Assembly: GCA_044450345.1 (NCBI GenBank)
Contig: JBIOIY010000071.1
Location: 1 to 11,454, forward strand
Direction: 5' to 3'
DNA length: 11,454 bases
Source: Thermodesulfovibrionales bacterium
Lineage (GTDB): Bacteria; Nitrospirota; Thermodesulfovibrionia; Thermodesulfovibrionales; UBA6898
Shown: piece by piece, positions 5,333-11,454 of the stretch
Layout of the letters: the number at the start of each line of letters is the position of its first letter
How positions within the stretch are numbered: position 1 is the first letter of the stretch
Notes under the pieces: model-generated
Seen by the model: the letters and a program-made list of their open reading frames with translations, nothing else
Told to the model about the DNA's origin: nothing
Database searches by the model: none
Program-made: the position numbers and the translations under genes

Positions 5333-7187
5333 TTTGTTCCTCCTTGTTCACGGGTAGGGCAAAGTAAAAGGTAGCGCCCCTATCTAATGAACCCTCGGCC
5401 CAGGTCCTGCCTCCGTGCCGTGCTATAATGCGCCTGACATTGGCGAGCCCTATGCCCGTACCTTCGAATTCTTCCTGACGGTGGAGGCGCTGAAATACAC
5501 CGAAGAGTTTTTCATGATACTTCATGTCGAAGCCCACGCCGTTGTCTCTGATGAAGAACGCGGTTTCGTTATCGCCCCTCGTACATCCTATTTCGATCAG
5601 CGCCCTCTCCCGCGTCCTGGTAAATTTTACTGCATTTGCTATGAGATTCACAAACACGAGACCGAGCAGGGAAGGGTCTCCGTACACCTCCGGCAGTACA
5701 CCGATTCTCCAGGTGATGTCCCGGTCCTTAATCTCCGGGGCCAATTCGGCGATGGCGCCTTTTACCAGTTTCTCAGTACTCACTGTCCTCATCTTCATAT
5801 CAGACCGTCCTATACGCGAGAAGGCAAGGAGATCGTCGATGAGGAGTCCCATCTTCTTTGCCGACCTGGCTATCGTTGTCATGTAGCGTCGGCCTTTCTC
5901 ATCCATATGCCCCCCCGCCTCTGTCTGGAGAAGTTCGACAAATCCCGTAATATGCCTCAGGGGAGCTCGGAGGTCGTGCGACACTGAATAACTGAAGCTT
6001 TCGAGTTCCTTATTGGCGGCCTCAAGGTCAGAGGCCTTCTGCTTCAATTCAGTTGTGATAGTGGAAAGCGATTCGGTCATCAGGTCAAAGGCCCTCGAAA
6101 GCTGCCCTATCTCGTCCGGCGAAGGCGTTCCCACCCTGTAACCGAGATCTCCCCTGCCGACTATTTCCGCGCCCTTTTGTAAAGCCAGGATCGGGGCAGA
6201 AAGGGATTTTGAGATGAGTAACGCCGCGACCACGCCCAGGAACAGGATTATCGTTCCGATGCCGAGGGCAATGTTTCTCAGACGGACAACCGGTGCAAAT
6301 GCCTCTGACGTATCGATCTTTGCCACCAGACCCCACCTCAATGAAGGGATGTACCGCCATGCCGCCAGCACCTCGACTCCGATGTAATCGAATGTGAAGC
6401 CTGAGCCGCTTTTGCCCTGGGCAGCCATTTGGGCGGCTAAGCCTTTTATCTCGCTGAAGGGGACCCTTTTCTTTAGGGCCGCATCCGGATCGCGGCGAAG
6501 TGGGCTCAGAAACAGGGCGTCATCTCCTTCCTCTTTGACGATGAGCGCCTCTCCTGTCTTTCCGAGACCGGTTGAGTCCTGAATGAATCTATAGATAGGA
6601 TTCATGTCGATTTCCATAATAACTTCCCCGATGAAGTTTTCTTTAAAGTCATGCAACGGTGCGACCACAAACATTTCATAACGGTTACTGTCGTCCTTGT
6701 TAATGGAGACGTCTGTAAAGTAGATATCTTTCTTCCCTTCCTCGTAATCTCTTCTATTTCGCAGGAACTTACCTAACTCCGCTTTTTTGTCTGTATCGCT
6801 GCTCGCATAGACAACGGTCCCTTGAGGGTTCGTCAGCATGATGTCCAGATATCCATAGGCTTCCTGAAACGGCTTTATCTGTCTGTCCAGTTGGTTGACT
6901 GCTTCCATGGAAGCGAGAGTATGCGACCTGTCACGCGCAGATTTATTTAAGAGAGGCAGATTCTGTTTGATATTAAAAAAATTCTGGGCGGAGAAGATGT
7001 TGCCCTTCCGTTCCCTGAAAAAGGTCTCGATTTTATCTTTTTTGAGGTCCGCGATGCTCTCAAGCTGCGCAATCCGGACGGCCTGCAGCTGTTTTTTCGC
7101 ATTCGTGAAAACCAGCGCCCCCAACAGGACCATGGGGATGATGGTAAATGCGAGAAAGGCGGTAATGAGTTTTATCTTTATGGACAT
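5304..7187 (-). CDS. Membrane sensor histidine kinase (TM - Cache-like extracytoplasmic domain - TM - HAMP - HisKA - HATPase)
   Basis: N-terminal TM, second TM IALGIGTIILFLGVVAALLI, HAMP ...PDEIGQLSRAFDLMTESL, H-box ELESFSYSVSHDLRAPLR, N-box NLIANAVKF, G1 DNGVGFD, F-box LFGVFQRLH, G2 GTGIGLA. The Cache assignment rests on the layout and the FTFDYIGVEVLAAWRYIPSLRWGLVAKID strand pattern. Confidence 0.95.
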   Translation of the reverse strand: MSIKIKLITAFLAFTIIPMVLLGALVFTNAKKQLQAVRIAQLESIADLKKDKIETFFRERKGNIFSAQNFFNIKQNLPLLNKSARDRSHTLASMEAVNQLDRQIKPFQEAYGYLDIMLTNPQGTVVYASSDTDKKAELGKFLRNRRDYEEGKKDIYFTDVSINKDDSNRYEMFVVAPLHDFKENFIGEVIMEIDMNPIYRFIQDSTGLGKTGEALIVKEEGDDALFLSPLRRDPDAALKKRVPFSEIKGLAAQMAAQGKSGSGFTFDYIGVEVLAAWRYIPSLRWGLVAKIDTSEAFAPVVRLRNIALGIGTIILFLGVVAALLISKSLSAPILALQKGAEIVGRGDLGYRVGTPSPDEIGQLSRAFDLMTESLSTITTELKQKASDLEAANKELESFSYSVSHDLRAPLRHITGFVELLQTEAGGHMDEKGRRYMTTIARSAKKMGLLIDDLLAFSRIGRSDMKMRTVSTEKLVKGAIAELAPEIKDRDITWRIGVLPEVYGDPSLLGLVFVNLIANAVKFTRTRERALIEIGCTRGDNETAFFIRDNGVGFDMKYHEKLFGVFQRLHRQEEFEGTGIGLANVRRIIARHGGRTWAEGSLDRGATFYFALPVNKEEQNAAETHLTG

Positions 7188-7226
7188 GAATATGCCGGTA
7201 TCCTAATAATGGGCCAAGATAGGCAC

Positions 7227-7235
7227 ATTATAGCA
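7227..7235 (-). promoter_or_regulatory. Extended -10 promoter (TGnTATAAT) upstream of the histidine kinase
   Basis: Minus strand reads TGCTATAAT in the 75-bp kimA/kinase gap, about 40 nt before ATG 7187. No good -35. Confidence 0.6.
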
Positions 7236-7262
7236 GATTTTTTTCCGGCGGCACCACTAATG

Positions 7263-9071
7263 TTATTTCACCAGGTGAAACGGCACGCTGGTCGAAACTA
7301 CGCCTTTCTTAAACAGGATAATACCTTTAATGAGCAGGGCGGTCTGGTTATGGAGGAGGTGGTGCCACCATCTGCTCGGCACAAATTCCGGAAGCACGAC
7401 CGTGATCACGCCCTCCGGATATTCGGTCCGGACTTCTTCAATGTAATCGAGAAGAGGCTCTATGATAGAGCGGTAAGGCGATTCGAGGACGACGAGGGGG
7501 ACCCCCATGCAGTGTTCGTCCCATTTGTTTTGGACCTTTTTTGTTTCGACCGGATCGAGACATACGTAGACAGCCGCGACATCGTCCGACAAGGCCTTTG
7601 CATACTTTATCGCATTGAGGACCGCCATCTGAATACCGGAAATAGGAATGATGACTGCATGGTGCTTGAATGCGCCCGCCCTGTCGAGACAGACGGTGAG
7701 TTGTTCCGCCACGGAGAGATAATGGGCATGGATCTTTGTCGTGAGATACACGAGTCCTGGTATGGCTATGAGAACTATCCATGCGCCGTGGAGGAATTTT
7801 GTCGACGCAATGATTACGAGGACGATCGCTGTGGTGATGGCCCCTATCCCGTTTATCACGGCGCTTTTGACCCACCCCTTTCCCCTGTCTTTCAGCCAAT
7901 GTTTGACCATCCCGGCCTGCGAAAGCGTGAAGGCGCAGAAAACGCCTACCGCATAGAGCGGGATGAGCGCGTGTGTGTCGCCCCTGAACATGACGATCAG
8001 CAGGATTGAAAATAAGCCGAGGATGAGGATGCCGTTTGAGAAGACGAGTTTGTCCCCCCTGTTGCCGAGTTGTCTCGGCAGGAAGCGGTCGGTGGCCATG
8101 ATCGAGGAGAGCCTCGGGAAATCCGCAAATGAGGTATTTGCGGCGAGTATAAGGATCAATGCCGTCGAAAACTGGATCACATAATAGATTATCCCCTTCG
8201 AGAATACGGCCTTGGCAACCTGGGAGAGTACCGTCTCATTTTCATTCGGCAGAATTCCGTAGTGGTTGGCGAGAAAGGTTATGCCCATAAAGAGAGTGGC
8301 AAGAATCGCAGCCATCCATATGAGGGTAATCCCTGCATTCCTCGATTCCGGAGGCTTAAATGCCTGCACGCCGTTTGCAACTGCCTCTATCCCCGTGAGG
8401 GCTGCGCATCCCGATGCAAAGGCCCTGAGTATGATGAAGATGGGCAGAATGTTTGTTGACGCCTCCTTGAATGCGGGCATGGGCGGGTGAGGCATCGTGA
8501 GATATTTTTTTACGCCGAAAACCATGAGTAGATACAAGGCGCCGATAAAAATATACGCAGGCAGAGAAAAGATCTTCCCGGATTCTCTCACCCCTCTGAG
8601 ATTGCCTGTCATGATGAGTAGAATGGCGGCGATACAAAGCGCGACGTTATATTCGTGAAGGACCGGAAAGGCAGAGGTTATCGCGGCTATTCCGGCCGAT
8701 ACACTGACCGTTACCGTCAACACATAGTCGATCAGCAATGCGGAACCCGCTACAAGTCCGGGATAGGTGCCGAGGTTCTCTTTTGCGACTATGTATGCGC
8801 CGCCGCCGTTTGGGTATGCGTGGATGGTCTGAAAATAAGACATCGCCACAATGGCTATCAAAGTCGAGATCGCGAAGGCCACCGGCATGGAGTAATGGAG
8901 CATTGCGGTGCCCGCAAGGACAAGGGCAAAAAGTATCTCCTCTGTTGCATAGGCCACGGACGACATGGCGTCCGATGAGAAGATCGCGAGGCCGGCGAAC
9001 TTTGTGAGACGCTCATGTTTTTCCTTGATCGTCTCGATCGGACTTCCGATAAGAAAGCTCTTAATAGACAT
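7263..9071 (-). CDS. kimA: KimA (YdaO)-family APC-superfamily potassium transporter
   Basis: N-terminus FLIGSP...LAIFSSDAMSSVAYATEEIL, AYPNGGGAY, LLIDYVLT, LTGIEAVANG, AANTSFADFPRL, LIPLYAVGVF, and a cytosolic tail with VLESPYRS and VTVVLPEF..RWWHHLLHNQ. D34 and Y41 correspond to the B. subtilis KimA K+-site D36 and Y43. The upstream ydaO riboswitch supports the call independently. Confidence 0.9.
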   Translation of the reverse strand: MSIKSFLIGSPIETIKEKHERLTKFAGLAIFSSDAMSSVAYATEEILFALVLAGTAMLHYSMPVAFAISTLIAIVAMSYFQTIHAYPNGGGAYIVAKENLGTYPGLVAGSALLIDYVLTVTVSVSAGIAAITSAFPVLHEYNVALCIAAILLIMTGNLRGVRESGKIFSLPAYIFIGALYLLMVFGVKKYLTMPHPPMPAFKEASTNILPIFIILRAFASGCAALTGIEAVANGVQAFKPPESRNAGITLIWMAAILATLFMGITFLANHYGILPNENETVLSQVAKAVFSKGIIYYVIQFSTALILILAANTSFADFPRLSSIMATDRFLPRQLGNRGDKLVFSNGILILGLFSILLIVMFRGDTHALIPLYAVGVFCAFTLSQAGMVKHWLKDRGKGWVKSAVINGIGAITTAIVLVIIASTKFLHGAWIVLIAIPGLVYLTTKIHAHYLSVAEQLTVCLDRAGAFKHHAVIIPISGIQMAVLNAIKYAKALSDDVAAVYVCLDPVETKKVQNKWDEHCMGVPLVVLESPYRSIIEPLLDYIEEVRTEYPEGVITVVLPEFVPSRWWHHLLHNQTALLIKGIILFKKGVVSTSVPFHLVK

Positions 9072-9149
9072 TAATGAATATCTCCGTTCTTGCTCTTCTC
9101 AGAGGCAGTCAAAGTGTATATCATTATTTTGACGGGGCAAAACGGAGGG

Positions 9150-9178
9150 AAATAATAGACCGCCGGCAATGCAGCGGT
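9150..9178 (-). terminator. Riboswitch-associated intrinsic terminator (attenuator)
   Basis: Minus RNA ACCGCUG-CAUUGC-CGGCGGU (9178-9159; 7 bp including one G-U) followed by CUAUUAUUU (9158-9150). Confidence 0.6.
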
Positions 9179-9198
9179 ACAAATCTCGGTCCATTGCC

Positions 9199-9318
9199 CT
9201 TCCAAACGCCTGCGAGGTTAGCTGACGGGCTTGGGATTGGAAGTCCCCTATCTCCGGTTTCCGGAGAATACGCCCCTACCATCGGTTCCCCCGCATCCGC
9301 CTCAGGCGGATTTAGGCT
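9199..9318 (-). ncRNA. c-di-AMP riboswitch aptamer (ydaO/yuaA class)
   Basis: Minus RNA in order: AGCCU-AAA, UCCGCC-UGA-GGCGGA hairpin (9310-9296), GCGGGGGAACC (9294-9284), GGGGCGUAU, UCUCCGG-AAA-CCGGAGA hairpin (9267-9251), UAGGG, CUUCC, CCCAAGCCCGUCAGCUAACCUCGCAGGCG (9235-9207), GGAAG. CUUCC (9243-9239) can pair with GGAAG (9203-9199) as the pseudoknot. It lies directly upstream of a kimA homologue, the namesake context. Confidence 0.95.
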
Positions 9319-9331
9319 ACAAATTATTTTT

Positions 9332-9361
9332 AGGATAAAACTCCCTGTGACTTTTTGTCAA
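9332..9361 (-). promoter_or_regulatory. Sigma70 promoter for the riboswitch-kimA transcript
   Basis: Perfect TTGACA (9361-9356), 18 nt, TATCCT (9337-9332). The predicted +1 near 9325 is just 5' of the aptamer. Confidence 0.65.
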
Positions 9362-9432
9362 TGATTCATGGATTCATGATCCACGCGAGAGTTTTTCATC
9401 CATATTTTGTTCTGAGAATAGGGTGACAATAT

Positions 9433-9448
9433 TGTTTCATATATAACA
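9433..9448 (+). promoter_or_regulatory. NifA-type upstream activator sequence (TGT-N10-ACA)
   Basis: TGT-TTCATATATA-ACA, extending to ATTGTT-N8-AACAAT (9431-9450). Centred about 100 bp upstream of the predicted nifH +1. Confidence 0.75.
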
Positions 9449-9464
9449 ATCTTGTTCCGCGTAA

Positions 9465-10406
<942 letters not shown>

Positions 10407-10410
10407 AACA

Positions 10411-10490
10411 AGCGCTCAGCTATCAGCATGCAGCGATCAGTCAGAGATGAAGAGGTTTTGCTGAAAGCTGACGGCTGATTGCTGACGGCT
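10411..10490. repeat. Inverted array of short tandem heptamers forming a periodic hairpin in the nifH-nifD spacer
   Basis: Left arm AGCGCTC-AGCTATC-AGCATGC-AGCGATC-AGT (10411-10441). Right arm GCTGAAA-GCTGACG-GCTGATT-GCTGACG-GCT (10460-10490). The TCAGC and GCTGA units are complementary at a 7-nt period. Confidence 0.85.
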
Positions 10491-10504
10491 AACAAGGAGG
10501 AATA

Positions 10505-11454
10505 ATGAGCACGATCATTAAAGATACACAGAAGATGATAGAGGAAGTTCTCGATGCGTATCCGGAGAAGGCGAGGAAGGAGAGGGCCAAGCACCTTGCG
10601 GCAAATGATCCTACCGGACAGTGCAGCACCTGTAAGGTAAAGGCGAATACAAAATCCAGGCCCGGCGTTATGACTGTTCGGGGCTGCGCATACGCAGGCG
10701 CAAAGGGTGTTGTCTGGGGTCCGGTGAAGGACCAGATAACGATCAGCCACGGACCGGTCGGCTGCGGACAGTACAGTTGGTGGGCAAGGAGAAATTATTA
10801 CAACGGAATAACGGGTGTAGACACATTCGGCACGATGCATATCACAACTGATTTCCAGGAGAAGGACATTGTTTATGGAGGCGACAAGGGACTTGATGCG
10901 GCCCTTCATGAGCTGAAAGAACTTTTTCCTCTGGCAAAGGGTATCGGTATCCTTTCCGAATGCCCTGTAGGTCTCATCGGTGACGATATCGAGGCGGTAT
11001 CGAAGAGGGTGGCAAAGGAATTCGGCATCCCGATAGTTCCTGTCCGCTGCGAGGGCTTCAGGGGAGTGAGCCAGTCCCTCGGGCATCATATTGCTAACGA
11101 TACGATCAGGGACTATGTCTTAGGCAAGGGTAAGCTCGAAAAATCTACGCCTTACGACGTGGCGCTTATCGGCGATTACAACATAGGAGGCGACGCCTGG
11201 GCTTCGAGGAAGATGTTGGAGGAAATGGGCCTCAGGGTGATCGCGCAGTGGACCGGTGATGCATCCGTCAATGAGCTGGGCATAGCGACGAAGGCGAAGC
11301 TTAACCTGATCCATTGCTATCGCTCGATGAACTATATATGCAGGCATATGGAAGAGGAATACGGCATACCCTGGGAGGAGTTCAATTTTTTCGGCCCCAC
11401 AAAGATATACGCAAGCATAAGAAAGATCGCCTCCCATTTCGACGACAAGATCAA
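10505..11454 (+). CDS. nifD: Nitrogenase molybdenum-iron protein alpha chain; 3' end runs off the window
   Basis: AAGGAGG SD at 10494-10500. Hand translation gives [25 protein letters not shown]...[18 protein letters not shown]...[12 protein letters not shown]...RRNYY...[12 protein letters not shown]...[20 protein letters not shown]...DYNIGGDAW...[10 protein letters not shown]...FFGP. The three P-cluster Cys and the FeMoco Cys are present. KGVV and CYRS indicate the Mo type rather than Vnf/Anf. Confidence 0.98.
   Translation, partial: MSTIIKDTQKMIEEVLDAYPEKARKERAKHLAANDPTGQCSTCKVKANTKSRPGVMTVRGCAYAGAKGVVWGPVKDQITISHGPVGCGQYSWWARRNYYNGITGVDTFGTMHITTDFQEKDIVYGGDKGLDAALHELKELFPLAKGIGILSECPVGLIGDDIEAVSKRVAKEFGIPIVPVRCEGFRGVSQSLGHHIANDTIRDYVLGKGKLEKSTPYDVALIGDYNIGGDAWASRKMLEEMGLRVIAQWTGDASVNELGIATKAKLNLIHCYRSMNYICRHMEEEYGIPWEEFNFFGPTKIYASIRKIASHFDDKI

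Noticed and set aside
5304..7187. Calling the kinase a bacteriophytochrome
   Set aside because: Only the transmitter core is of that subfamily. There is no PAS-GAF-PHY module, and the input domain is flanked by TM helices.
4084..9007. Long plus-strand ORFs (e.g. 4084-4521, 5415-5987, 7209-8009, 8655-8978)
   Set aside because: They are antisense shadows of well-supported minus-strand genes and have no domain signatures.
9074..9364. 96-aa plus-strand ORF in the kimA/nifH gap
   Set aside because: It is antisense to the riboswitch, terminator and promoter, which explain the sequence.
10411..10490. CRISPR or MITE reading of the heptamer repeats
   Set aside because: The units are 7 nt with no spacers, and there is no clear target-site duplication or nearby cas or transposase gene.

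Overview
A bacterial chromosomal window. The gene content (KimA plus a group-I nifHD with a sigma54 promoter, a COG4251-type kinase/receiver pair and a TIGR02757 protein) suggests an anaerobic Nitrospirota or Desulfobacterota diazotroph, but the taxonomy is inference. From left to right it holds: the 5' part of a UvrD/PcrA-family helicase (minus strand, missing from the ORF track); a divergent 60-aa hypothetical protein; a small decayed sensor-gene remnant; a stand-alone murA; a translationally coupled pair of small unknown genes behind a near-consensus sigma70 promoter with two palindromes; and a minus-strand run of kimA-like K+ transporter, Cache/HAMP histidine kinase, single-domain receiver and TIGR02757 protein. 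Divergent from that run are nifH and the start of nifD (also missing from the track). The richest non-coding signal is the ~490-bp kimA/nifH gap. On the minus strand it carries a sigma70 promoter, a clear c-di-AMP (ydaO/yuaA) riboswitch, a terminator/antiterminator and an SD-sequestering stem. On the plus strand it carries a NifA-type TGT-N10-ACA site and a -24/-12 promoter. A heptamer-periodic hairpin lies between nifH and nifD. I saw no mobile element, CRISPR array, tRNA or rRNA. The best candidates for undescribed biology are the regulated two-gene unknown module (3289-3996) and the two-layer riboswitch expression platform. Neither is proven novel.
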